This document shows, in pieces, positions 38,391 through 51,046 of a stretch of 64,000 bases of DNA. The position numbers and the translations under genes are program-made. Each line of letters starts with the position of its first letter. Position 1 is the first letter of the stretch. This DNA is from Octopus vulgaris (lineage: Eukaryota): NCBI GenBank assembly GCA_951406725.2, contig OX597834.1, positions 29,822,001 to 29,886,000 of the forward strand. Reading direction: 5' to 3'. The notes beneath the pieces are model-generated. The model saw only the letters and a program-made list of their open reading frames with translations. It did not search any database and had not been told where the DNA came from.

Positions 38391-38901
38391 ACAAACCAAA
38401 TACCTTGTCATGTTTGACTTCGTCCTTCTAAAGTCCTGAATTCAAAATCTCATCAACGTCTCCTTTGCCTTTACTCTTTCATCATCCTAGGGTCGATAAA
38501 GTAAGCCCTGGACATCGTTCGATGTAATCTTATAGTTTATATTAAATCAAACCCAGAAGACGATACCCTCGTCATGGCTACAATGAAATAACTGAGCCTA
38601 ATCAAGAAATAAAGATCAAATTAACACCCTGAATGATGTCTGAATATGTCTCTGTTATGATGTCTCTGAAGATGTCTCTACTAGACAGTAACGCAGCTGG
38701 TGGGCGTCGTTCCCCGTCCCGGGCAACGCTTTTATAGAAGCGGCACTTAGGGGTCTGCTGTATATGCCTGGGGTCCCAAGGGGGTGGGAAGAGGTAAATT
38801 CAAAAGCTGTCCAAGCTATATCACTGCTGTTAGGTTAACATTACTATAAACTATCAACCACACCACCACTACACTTTTTTCTGTACTGGTTTGTTCTAAG
38901 T

Positions 38902-39131
38902 CAGTGATTCTTAGCCATTTTTTGCCTGTGGACCCCAGTGATTCCTGTTCTACTCAGAGACGAGGAGCCCTTGTTGCCATTCGTTGTCTAAAAACTCATA
39001 TTTCTATAATTAAATATTATAAGGAATTGTATTTAAAAATGTTTAAATATATATTGTAGAAAAAAACCCAATTTATTGCAGATAAGTTTTAACGAACAAA
39101 ACCTTATATGGACCCCGGTTAAGAACCGTTG
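38902..39131. mobile_element. hAT-type MITE
   Basis: Imperfect TIR CAGTGATTCTTAGCC / GGTTAAGAACCGTTG with subterminal TGGACCCC motifs; TSD degenerate. Confidence 0.5.
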
Positions 39132-39269
39132 GTATAAGGGAAGGAGCTGTAATTCAGCCTTTAAAAGCAGCGGGGTTCGAGGTTCGAGTGGGTCTGTTCA
39201 GACGGGCTTTCTCCGCCAGTTAGTGGTCAATAAAGGACTCTTTTGTGAAGAATTGCCTTTTGTGTAAAT

Positions 39270-39570
39270 TGTGCGGGTGCATAACCGAAACGAAGTGATT
39301 CAAAAACAGATTAGAGCGAATAATGTAATCGAAGAATCCCGAAAGCACAAATATCGTAAGGTTTACAAACAACAGATGGAGCCGTGCAGTTGGTAAGTGA
39401 TATGCAAGGGATCGGCAAAGATCACTTGGAAGACCTCCAAGACGACGGGAAGATGACATATTTAAACAATTCAGGTTAGGATGGAAGAAATATGTACAAT
39501 CCAAGGAAGAAAGAAGCGCATTCTGAACAGTTCTGTTTGCAGACGACCGGTATTCTGTTCGATAAAAAGG
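39270..39570 (+). mobile_element. RTE-type LINE C-terminal fragment
   Basis: RFTNNRWSRAV..Y.RDRQRSLGRPPRR.EDDI (GRP..RW.D-like). Confidence 0.6.
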
Positions 39571-39686
39571 ACATGAAAGAGAAGATACGAGTATATCATT
39601 ATAGTTCATTTATTCTATTCTTTTATTTCTAAACACACATATCCTCGTTCATCACAGGAGTTTGCTTAAGAATATAAATAAGTAAA

Positions 39687-40082
39687 TCTTTATATATAAA
39701 AGTGAAGTTGTGTGTCTGTCTCCTACAATTTAGATTCCTAACTACTCCCACATTTTGTGGTGCAGTTTAACCAAAAGCGGGTATCTTATAGTCGTGATTC
39801 ATATCGAGCCCTTCTGGGTATTAGCGCGCGTCTACGATGAGTCTACGATTTAAAAAAAAATTACCATCATTTTTTTCCATTTTAATGCATTTTTTTCGTT
39901 ATTATATAAGGGAAGTAACTCTCTAAAAATGTCTACGATGAGTCAACGATTTTAAAAAAATGTACCATAATTTTTTTTCCATTTTTAATGCATTTTTTGC
40001 TATTTTTTGGCTATAACTCTCTAAAAATGCTTATATAGTTATTTCCCTTACAAACCCGAGCAACGCCGGGCGATACTGCTAG
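39687..40082 (+). mobile_element. non-autonomous Helitron with internal duplication
   Basis: A|TC...CCCGAGCAACGCCGGG..CTAG|T; near-identical to 58853-59156 plus about 90 extra bp. Confidence 0.9.
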
Positions 40083-41060
40083 TCAGTGATAAATGAATCA
40101 TTTCCACATACTTTGTAAATGAAACAAATAATTGGTTCATTGACACCAAACTCGTGGCCCGTTGCAGCGAAGCTTCCACCGTCGCGTATTTTCTAGATCA
40201 TTTCCACTTTTTCCGAATCATCTTTACTTTTATAACGGATTGGTCTATGATAACACGGATTGCTAATCGGTCGAAGATTTTGCTTGTACCGGCAGAAACG
40301 CGTCCCAGTGATTACCCACAATGCTCTGCTACTCAGACTTGATTATCGCTGCGTTGTTTGTCAGGTTCGGGCGTTTTCGTACTGGGATGAATGGTGGCCC
40401 ACAGCAACGAAGCCCCCCCCCCCCCACCGTCACGTATTTTTTTGATCATCTTCACCTTTTCCAGTAGAGATTATACACATCAGCGTCGTTTGTTAGAGCC
40501 AGGCACCTTCATATTTTTTCTGCTCACTGGACTGACGATGTGTAAGAATAACGTAAATCCGTGTAAAAAAAAGATACGCAACCTCACAGCACAGTCACGT
40601 AAACACAAGCGGCAGTCAAAACATTCCGAATAGCTAAACATTGTGGGTAGTGGTGGGGCACATTTTTGCGGTACAAACAGAATCTTTGACTGATCGCCGA
40701 ACTGTGTTATCACAGACCAATCCGTGATAAAAGTAACATGGATCATAATCGAACGTACCGTGTTATCCCAGATCAGTGATGAATAAAGCTACATATATCA
40801 TACATATTTCTACGTGTGTATACCCGTAACTCATACATAAATTGTATGTATATAACACTGGTATCTAAAATATTTGATTGGTGATTTGAAATGGGGCCTA
40901 CGGGTCACATCCAGTAAGGGCCTATTCTCAGATTGTTGTGCTCAGAGCCAGTACAGGTCCTCGGAAGCTCGTGCAAAAGTTGACCGTTGCAGGAAAAATA
41001 TAAGGAAAACAAAAATATAAGAAAAACAAACAAAAAAAGACTCATTATATTGAATATACT

Positions 41061-41281
41061 TATTTCTTTATTACCCACAAAGGGCTAAACACAGAGGGGA
41101 CAATCAAGGACAGACATAGTTATTAAGTCGATTATATCGACGCCAGTGCGTAACTGGTACTTATTTAATCGATGAAAGGCAAAGTCGACCTCGGCGGAAT
41201 TTGATATCACAACGTAACGACAGACGAAATGCGGCTACGCATTTCGCCCGGCGTGCTAACGTTTCTGCCAGCTCGCCGCCT
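41061..41281 (-). mobile_element. SINE family B (long tail) with 16-bp TSD
   Basis: TSD TTATATTGAATATACT at 41045-41060 and 41282-41297. Confidence 0.9.
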
Positions 41282-42788
41282 TTATATTGAATATACTATC
41301 GATAATATTGAGTGAATATAGAGGGTGCCGCAGTGCCAACACACGAGCCGCCACTGCCGAAACCGAATCCTTCATCGCTGTTGTTTTCCGGCAACGGAGA
41401 GCACCTCAGTGTGTTCATTACGTATGCGATTCACCGGTGTTAGGGGACCCGGAGACTCCTTATTCGCACTTGCGGCGGCATTCACTCGACGTGGGTTGAG
41501 CCGACTCCGACCAACGCGTTCATGTTCGGAGTTTCGGTGGGAATACAAGTTCACATGTGGTTCCCGGTCACATGCATACACACTTTGGGTTAGTGTGATG
41601 CATAGCAGCTGATCTTGCCGTCGACTGTCGACCGTTGAAGACGATTCGATGACCAAGTCACCGCCGCTTACCGGAACAGACGTAGCCTGGAATTGAAGTG
41701 AGTTTTAGAGACATGCTTTAACAAAAGCTAAGAGGTGCCTCGCTCCTAGTGGTCTTCCAGCTAGCTATACAACAACCCGGAAATTCTGAGGGTCCGTGCT
41801 AACGTGGTAACCAACTTGGAGACACCGCTGTTTCAATCTTATACTTTTAATATCTAAATTTCTCTTAGCATGAAGTTGGTTCACCCATACTTAAGATGGT
41901 GAAAGAACCGGATTAAGCCCCAGCAAAGACTATCTATGAGTTTTGGGTATAACTTTGCAGGCGACCAACGAACCAACAAGCCGCATGTATCAGTTTGACT
42001 GTAAGAACTGCTATGGATCAAGTGTCCTTCCCAAGCCATGGGCTCGTAAGATCGGTTTCCTGGATCCTGTGGCCTATATATTTCCCACCCTGGACGGGAC
42101 ACGGGTCCTTTACAGAATAACTGAAATTGTGTTAAATCCTAAAATCTTCGTCATTTTTTTTTTTTTGTTTTTGTTTTTTTTTTTTTGTGTGGAGAGTGAT
42201 TAGATCATCATTTAGCGTTGGTTTTAAGTCATTAGGATGACAGGCAAAATTAACCTCGAAGAATCGGAACAAATACGGAAAATTATTGTTTCCGACGCGT
42301 TAACGATTTTATCCGTTCACCAATAATGGAAATGAAAATGGATTTATATATTTAGAGGCATTCGCTTGGGGGATATTTGCTTTGTTGCGTTAAAATACAC
42401 TTGCTTTGTTTTGTCTTGAGTCCTTATCTCAAGGGGTGAGTTTGGGGCATTTTAACAGTTGGAGGAACCCATCCATGTCTAGGCCTGACCACAGACGGAG
42501 TTTCTTGTTTCAGAAAGACTGACAGACAGACGGAAATAAAGAAAGAAAGAAAGAAAGGAAATGACTCCTGTAAAGGATTAGTGAATTACTTACCGACACC
42601 AAGAAAAGTAAAAGGCAAAGCTAACCTTGTTGAGATTTGAAATCAGAGTGCAGTGAGTTGAAACGATTACTGCAAACTAATCTCTTGGTTGCTTCAACGG
42701 CTTTACCCAATGATCCATTTCGAAATATACCCGATACAAGTTCGTTAAATTAGCAATCTTGATTGGAAGAGTTAATTAATTTAAATAT

Positions 42789-43021
42789 CTATTTCTTTAC
42801 TACCCACAAGGGGCCAAACATAGAGGGGACAAACAAGGACAGACAAACGGATTAAGTCGATTGTATCGACCCCAGTGTGTAACTGGTACTTAATTTATCG
42901 ACCCCGAAAGGATGAAAGGCAAAGTCGACCTCGGCGGAATTTGAACTCAGAACGTAACGGCAGACGAAATACGGCTACGCATTTCGCCCGGCGTGCTAGC
43001 GGTTCTGCCAGCTCACCACCT
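42789..43021 (-). mobile_element. SINE family B (long tail), full length
   Basis: Near-identical to the copies at 41061 and 50587. Confidence 0.9.
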
Positions 43022-43516
43022 TAACAATAATATCTTAAGACGAAACAGTAGCAGAGGATGGGGATCATTACAAGTGACAATGATGGTGGTGGTGTTGTTG
43101 ATGAGGATGATGCCCACAAGCAGCAGAGTTTGGGATAGAGATATTGTGTTTACTGGGAAGATAAAAATTGAAGACTGCTTCCGTGAGATTCGAACTCGGG
43201 ACGTAAAGGGACGAAATTAAGTCAGTCACTTTGGTTCTTTACCGATTGTACAACAACAACAAATATAAATCAATACCTTTTCATGATTATCATCATTGTT
43301 ATCAGTATCGCCAACACTAACAATAAACTAATATACACACACATATATATATAGAAGTGTATATGTATGTATGTGTGTGTGTATATATATATGCATAGAC
43401 ATACATGCATGTATATGTATGCCCTGGCCAAAACAATATCTAATGGTGTTGTTTATTTCATGTATGTATGTATGTATATATATATATATATATATACACA
43501 TACATATATACATATG

Positions 43517-43560
<44 letters not shown>

Positions 43561-44259
43561 ATACATAATTATGTGTGCGCGCACGCGCGCTCATACGCAC
43601 ACGTCGCCTCAACAGTTTCGGCACGAATCAAGAATTACGCGTTTCTACGAAGAATAAAAGAAACCAAAGAGAAGATGAAGATAACGAAGATGAACAAAAT
43701 GATGGAGATGATGGAAGCTGATGACGAAGATGAGATGATGAGGCTTATCTTCGGCTTATCAAAGTTAGGCAACAAAAGTCTTGTTTATAAAAACCAAAAC
43801 AAAACAAAAAGCATACGCAATAAATAAATAAATAAATAAAAATGATAACAAACAAGGAAACAATAATTATAATGAATTAAAATAAAAAAAAAAAGAAAAC
43901 GGGAGAAAAAATAAAAAGAAGACGAGGCGGAAATGGACGGAGAGCGACGGGGAGAGTCGGACGTTAAAAGGGTGTCGTCGTTGGTGAAGAAAGTAGCTTT
44001 AAAATGTCGGATACAAGACGTGAAATGGAGTCAATTTCCCCTCTTTCTTTGTCTACCTTCCCGTCACCTCTTCTAGCTCACGTTGCTAATTTTCTTCAGA
44101 TGTTCCGTTCACACCAAATCACTTTAACCGACTCTTGAGAACTGTAGACAATAGCTGTTTGGTTTTAATCTTTGAGGAAAAGAAAGAGCCACACACAACA
44201 CACAGATAACACAAGCACTTATACACTTCATTTGTTTTTATCTCTCTCTCTCTCTCTTT

Positions 44260-44845
<586 letters not shown>

Positions 44846-45355
44846 CATCAAACAATTTATCTATACATCTCTCAATATATCTATTTCTCTCCCTTCTTTC
44901 TTTCTTTCCTTCTTTCTTTCTTTCTATTTTTATTCCATTTAGTCTGAGATTTCTTCCTCTTTTCCCTTATTTCTTGTTTTCCTTATTGTTCTTTTAGCAA
45001 CGCAAAGTTCTGAGCAAATATTGGTGAAATATGTGGACGTTAGAAATTCCGTCAGAACAAAAGAATCTTGTGGACCTCGCCGATGAATTTAGCAGTCATC
45101 TGGTCGTGACCCAACTGCAGCGTTTTAACGCCCGATCTTTGCCATTGCTGCACGCTTCATCGATTAAATGTCAAACACAGGTGCCGCCATAGCGTTTTGA
45201 GATAGAGGAAAAAAAGGGGGGGGGGAATGAATATACATATACGTGTGTGTGTGTGTTTGTGTTTGTGTTTGTGTGTAGGAAGCAGAAGTCATCTAATATT
45301 TCATTCTATTGTTGTTAGGAAGACGTTAACATTACAGAGCTGGTAGGTAGACAGG

Positions 45356-45471
<116 letters not shown>

Positions 45472-45594
45472 TAGACAGACTGAATGACAGACTTATAGAT
45501 AGACAGATAAACAGCCAGATATATACACACACACACACACACATATATATAGAGAGAGAGAGAGACAGAGACAGACAGACAGACAGATAGATAA

Positions 45595-45775
45595 GTTTCT
45601 TTATTGGCCACACAGGGCTGCACACAGATGGGACAAGTTACAAGGTAGAGCTTTTCTTTTGGGGGATGAAAAAAAAAACAAAAAAACGAAAGAAACAAAA
45701 AAAAGGGGGTGGCGTAGGTTTTCGATCAAGAGGGATCGTAAAAGGGAAATGTCGGTAGGAGGACATTCATTTTTT
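45595..45775 (-). mobile_element. probable LINE 3' UTR ending CCCTGTGTGGCCAATAAAGAAAC at a GATA/GACA microsatellite
   Basis: PolyA-signal terminus resembling the family B long tail and 59330-59450. Confidence 0.45.
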
Positions 45776-46028
45776 CAGCTCAAGAGACGCTAGTTCGTAT
45801 CTCACATGCGATGTTACACCTGGGGTCTTAAATGATATTTCCCTCTATATCCAGCATCCCTTTGGTTTTTTTTTAGCGTAAAATAGATAACGGGTAAAAT
45901 TCTTGCGTTGCATTTGCCACTCCTGGAGAGGACGCTAAACCGTTCTGTTGTCGGTTTTCACCATTCAAACATATTCGTGTGTTTAATGAAACATGCACAC
46001 AAGAAAAAGCTATTCCGTCATATAGTGT

Positions 46029-46032
46029 TTCT

Positions 46033-46064
<32 letters not shown>

Positions 46065-46098
46065 TTCTTCTTCTTCTTCTTCTTCTTCTTCTTCTTCT

Positions 46099-46136
<38 letters not shown>

Positions 46137-46414
46137 TTCTTCTTCTTCTTCTTCTTCTCCTCCTTCTTCGTCGTCGTCGTCTTCTTCTTCTTCTCCTTCT
46201 TCTTCCTCTCCTCCTTCTTCTTCGTCGTCGTCTTCTTCTTCTTCTTCTTCTTCGTCGTCGTCGTCGTCGTCTTCTTCTTCTTCTCCTTCTTCTTCTTCGT
46301 CGTCGTCGTCGTCTTCTTCTCCTTCTTCTTCTTCTTCTTCTTCTTCTTCTCCTCCTCCTCCTCCTCCTCCTCCTCCTTCTTCTTCTTCTTCTTCTTCTTC
46401 TTCTTCTTCTTCTT
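46029..46414. repeat. compound (GAA/GAC/GGA)n array
   Basis: 386-bp trinucleotide array contiguous with an RTE 3' end. Confidence 0.95.
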
Positions 46415-46795
46415 GCGCCATGTCCCAGAATGTAGGATTGAGGCGATCGTGTCCTGCCATTATTCTGTTCTTTGTTCGTCTGTAACAGTTCCTCGTCTTC
46501 CTGAACTTTAATGCCTCTTTCTTCCAACCAGTTCCTCATGGTTGACATTCACATCATCCTTCTCCTTCCTCTGCTTCTTTTCCCTTCGGTCTTTCCGGTC
46601 ATCATTAAATTCTCCAAGGCCCTCTTTCTTCATCACATGACCAAGGAATCTCAATTGCTTGGCCCTCACCCCACGAAGCAGTTCCCTCTTTACTTCTTCA
46701 TTAAACACTTCATCTGTCCATGTTATCCTCAATATTCTCCTTAAGAACCACGTTTCGCAGCTCTCCAAGCACCTTCTCATTTCTGATGTTATAGT
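46415..46795 (-). mobile_element. RTE LINE 3' fragment
   Basis: ETWFLRRILRITWTDEVFNEEV..KQLRFLGHVMKKEGL then, after a frameshift, GKIEGKRSRGR; ends GGACATGGCGC(AAG)n. Confidence 0.85.
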
Positions 46796-47081
46796 GTTTA
46801 TGGAAGCTGATAAAACTTCACAAACTATTAGTCAGAGTTTCACGTAACTCAACGTTAGATGGTCAAGAATTTTTTTTATATAACAATAGAGTAAAAAAAA
46901 AAACTCTCACTAATGATAGGTTACGCGAAACTTGGAGTAACAGTTTCTGAAGTCTTTTTTTCCTCTCTCAGCTTCAATAAGACACTCTGTTTTTAATAAC
47001 ACCTTTGGTATTTGAGCGCTGTTTCTCCAACTTGTTATTGACATGTGTGTGTGTATGTGTGTTTGTGTATATATATATATA

Positions 47082-47212
47082 CAGGGTGTCCCAAAAAAAT
47101 GTATACACATAGTGGTTCGGCAAAAGAGAACGATAGAATAAGTACTAGGCTTACAAAGAATAACAAATTTACAATTATTTAAGGTGTGTATACATTTTTT
47201 GGGGACACCCTG
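47082..47212. mobile_element. 131-bp Tc1/mariner-type MITE containing a SINE fragment
   Basis: TA|CAGGGTGTCCCAAAAAAATGTATACAC..GTGTATACATTTTTTGGGGACACCCTG|TA; 47110-47163 matches family A internal sequence. Confidence 0.85.
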
Positions 47213-47228
47213 TATATATATATATATA

Positions 47229-47403
47229 GCCACTACACACATTTTTTATCTCCTTGTTGCCCTCCTTGTTTTCTGTGTCCCTTTCTGTAGAAGAGCGTAG
47301 GCTCGAAACGTAAAAGACTTTTTCTATTCCTGAGCGTTATACTAATACATCTGTTTGTTTCGTACACCACGTCTTCGTCTTTTGTTTTTTTCGTAAACTC
47401 TCC

Positions 47404-47406
<3 letters not shown>
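47229..47406 (+). mobile_element. Penelope-type pLTR fragment with hammerhead variant (47281-47316)
   Basis: CTTT-CTGTAGA-A-GAGC(GTAG)GCTC-GAAAC-GTA-AAAG; (TA)n on both sides. Confidence 0.65.
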
Positions 47407-47457
<51 letters not shown>

Positions 47458-47509
47458 AAGAAAAAAAGTCAAGGTAGAAAATGCTAAAATAATTTCATAA
47501 AACACATTT

Positions 47510-47545
47510 CAGTACCGGTTTCAATCATTGAGACTTTTTCAACTG
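47510..47545 (-). ncRNA. degenerate hammerhead-like motif
   Basis: Minus strand: CAG-UUGAAAA-AGUC..GAUU-GAAACCGGUA-CUG; two core substitutions. Confidence 0.35.
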
Positions 47546-48342
47546 TAAGTATGGAAAACAATTAAATTTTGGAAAAATTCAAAGAAAAGTTTTTTAAAAG
47601 AATATTTGTATAGTGTTCAAATACAAGGGTCATTTTCCTTGTTTCTGCCTGTTTCTCTCTCTCTCTCTCTTGTTTACTGTAAACAGCTGTTCTGGGACTG
47701 ACATCAACCGTTACACCAACGTACCCATTGACTTCTTCTCGTTAGATTTAAGAACTATAATTTCATAGTGTTGTTTTGTTTTATCGCGAATATATAGACT
47801 TGTGGGTTCAAGTACCATGTGTACAGAAAACCCGCTTTTTCCTGTCGAGGGCTTATATGTCCCGATATCAGACTATTTTCTTTAGTGAGTACACGGTGAT
47901 CGCTTATAGGCTTTAAGCTTCTACTATAATAATATTCTTGTGTTTTCTCCGTTACAACATATGAATAAGAAAGGTAGAGGTGATAGATGAATAAGGAAGG
48001 AAGGGGGTGATGGCAAACTTGGTAGTGGGGGCGTTTCAACTCTATGTGAGTATATGAGTGTGCTTGTAAAAGGGAGGTATGTGAATGTTTGTGTGTGTGT
48101 GTATGTGTCTGTGTATGTGTGTGCAATGGAAGTGGGATGGTGAACATTCGACGCCGAAAAGGAAAAATCAAACAGCGTTTCAACCCTTTGTGAGTATATG
48201 TATGTGTGTGGGTGTACAAGGCAAGTATGTGAATATTTGTTTGTATGAACCAGCGTTTCTTCAGTAACAAACCATGATCGATGTCACATCTCAAAAGACA
48301 ACCACAAGATAACATTGACAAGTGTATTAATTTGATTTACCA

Positions 48343-48716
48343 TCTATATCTCTTTATATATAAACTGCAAAATGTCTGTCTGCGTGTGTGTCCTTTATAC
48401 AAATCCACAATTTTTCAGTTAGAGTGCTCACACTTTCTATGGTCATTCAAAACCGTCCAAGGGTGGTCATGCACATCTTTACATTTCCCCAGTCACCACG
48501 CAAAGCCATTAAAAAAATCAATAGAAGTGACTTTTTTGTCAATTTTCTATCCAAAACCCAATCAAATGCCCGAAACTTGATACGCCAATTGAATGCCAGC
48601 TAGCTGTATGTGATTGGTCGGAGATTTGGACAGTACTCGCGTGTATGTGCGCACGCACGCAGCTGTATATGCATGCACTATCAGTATGACCCAGCGTTGC
48701 CGGGTCATAGTGCTAG
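48343..48716 (+). mobile_element. non-autonomous Helitron, second family
   Basis: A|TC..TATATATAAA start; TATGACCC..GGGTCATA hairpin; CTAG|T end. Confidence 0.8.
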
Positions 48717-49134
48717 TTTATAAATAAAATACTACAATTAGCCGTCATTTTTGACGGTACAGTGTCAGCAAGTATGAAATATTATTTACAGACTTGCAAC
48801 CCGTCACCGCTTCTCTAATCATGGCATGTATATATGTGTGTGTGTGTATGTGTATGTGTGTGTGTGTGTGCTAATTCATTTCTACAGGAGCACCGACCTT
48901 AAATCTACACACATTTCCCATAAACCGTTTTCCAGAAAACTCCCGCCGACTTGCAACACCCCGAAAAACATTGATAAGATTAGCCGAAATGAATATACAC
49001 TACACTTCGATTAATACACCCACTCTATTGACAAATATACGAGTGCATTTTTTACCTGTCTTATAGATTCTTACACACACACACACACGTATGTGTATGT
49101 ATGCGTGTATCTACCTATCTATTTATCTATCTAC

Positions 49135-49460
49135 TAATGACCGCGACCAAGCTGGGGCACTGCTCTCAAAGGTTTTAGTCTAACAAATCGGCCCCATTAC
49201 ATATTTTTTTAAAGCCTGGCATTTATCCCATTGTAACTGTATGTATAACTGTTAAGTCACAGAGACGTAAACAAACCAACACCGATTGTCAAGCGGTAGA
49301 GGGAGACGAACGTAAACACACACGCATACATGACGGGCTTCTTTCGGTTTCCGCCTACGAAATCCACTCACAAGGCTTTGGTCGACCCGACACTTGCCCA
49401 AGGTACCATGCAGTAGGACTGAACCAAGGACCATGTGGGTGGGAAGCAAGCTTCTTACAA
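49135..49460 (-). mobile_element. SINE family A, diverged
   Basis: GACGGGCTTCTTTC..AAATCCACTCACAAGG..GACTGAACC motifs. Confidence 0.75.
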
Positions 49461-49502
49461 CAAAACCACACCTGCTCCTGATTTGCGTGCGCCCGCGCGC
49501 GC

Positions 49503-49535
<33 letters not shown>

Positions 49536-49986
49536 TGTGTATTGTTGTCTTTATTGTACCTGGAAAGAACCACTTTGTCAATGATTTTTGTTTCCAAGGA
49601 ACATGTCCCAACATGGGATTTCTCATTGACAAAGTGGTTCTTGACAAAATGTCTAAGTGTGTGACATTTACATATGTGCGAGTGTATAGAAAGATACATA
49701 CATACATACATACATACATACATACACACATACATACATATATACATACATACATACATACATACATACATACATACAACATCCATCCATCCATACACAC
49801 ATACATACATACAACATACATACATACAACATCCATCCATACATCCATACATACATACATACATACATACATCCATATATACAACATCTATCCATCCATC
49901 CATACACATACATACATACATACACACATACATACACATACATACATACATACATACATACACACACACATACATACATACATACA

Positions 49987-50020
<34 letters not shown>

Positions 50021-50586
50021 CATACACACATGCATACATATGTCGCATTTTTCAAAAAGTACCTCTAAATTGAAAACAATGCATTGCTAACACAACGTAG
50101 CACTCAGTATTATTGCGTTAGAAACCTTTAATACACTTTGCAGTATATTACGGTTTGCAAAACGAAACACGGTGTCCCTGCCAGCAATTCATATGTGTGT
50201 GTGTGTGTGTGTGTGTGTGTTCTTTCTCTTGTTTCGTTCATTGAACCGCGGGTTTATGTCGATATCAAATCGAACCTAATTACTTAGTTCAGTGTGGTGC
50301 GTAATATATCGATCTCTATTCATCGAACCGCTACCGTAACGGCGTATAGACACGCCACATAAACAACGGCGTAAATATTCCTATCGCTGGCGCCAGAAGC
50401 ACTGACTTGAACTCGCACGCGAGCGAACAGACAACGCACAAATGGCATCGATATATCACATCCCAGTTCGTGTGAACGATTCGTACACTCATGGAGAGTG
50501 CTCTATAGCAAATTAGAAATAAATTATGCGGAGCTATGACCAACATCTATATAAAATATAGTGAAGGGGCGTGGAATAGTGGTTAG

Positions 50587-50814
50587 AGCGAGCTGGCAGA
50601 ATCGTTAGCACGCTGGGCGAAATGCGAAGCCATATTTCGTCTGTCGTTACGTTCTGAGTTCAAATTCCGCCGAGGTCGACTTTGCTTTTCATCCTTTCGG
50701 GGTCGGTAAATTAAGTACCAGTTACGCACTGGGGTCGATGTAATTGACTTAATACCTATGTCTGTCCTTGTTTGTCCCTCTATGTTTAGCCCCTTGTGAG
50801 TAATAAAGAAATAG
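50587..50814 (+). mobile_element. SINE family B inserted in the family C tRNA head
   Basis: Complete B sequence between GGTTAG and GTATTCGG of the host head. Confidence 0.9.
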
Positions 50815-50860
50815 GTATTCGGTTTACGATCGTAAGGATAGGAGTTCAATTTCCAGCGAC

Positions 50861-51046
50861 GTTAAGTTAAGTTAAGTTAATTTTTTGGCTCAAAAAGGAA
50901 AAAGTAAGGCCATGTAGGGGGACATGGAGTTATGTACCGGGAGGGTGTTCATGCAAAGAGTTTAGGCCATTTCTGGTCAAGAGAAACTTTGAACCGAGCG
51001 GTCGTCGGCATCTTCACACGCTCGTCCGGCAGCTTATTCCACGGAC
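50861..51046 (-). mobile_element. CR1-like LINE 3' end
   Basis: PWNKLPDERVKMPTTARFKVSLDQKWPKLFA* (WN.LP..FK..LD motif); (TTAAC)n tail. Confidence 0.8.

Noticed and set aside
45873-46548. Acidic, poly-Arg or poly-Ser protein ORFs
   Set aside because: They are readings of an expanded LINE tail microsatellite.
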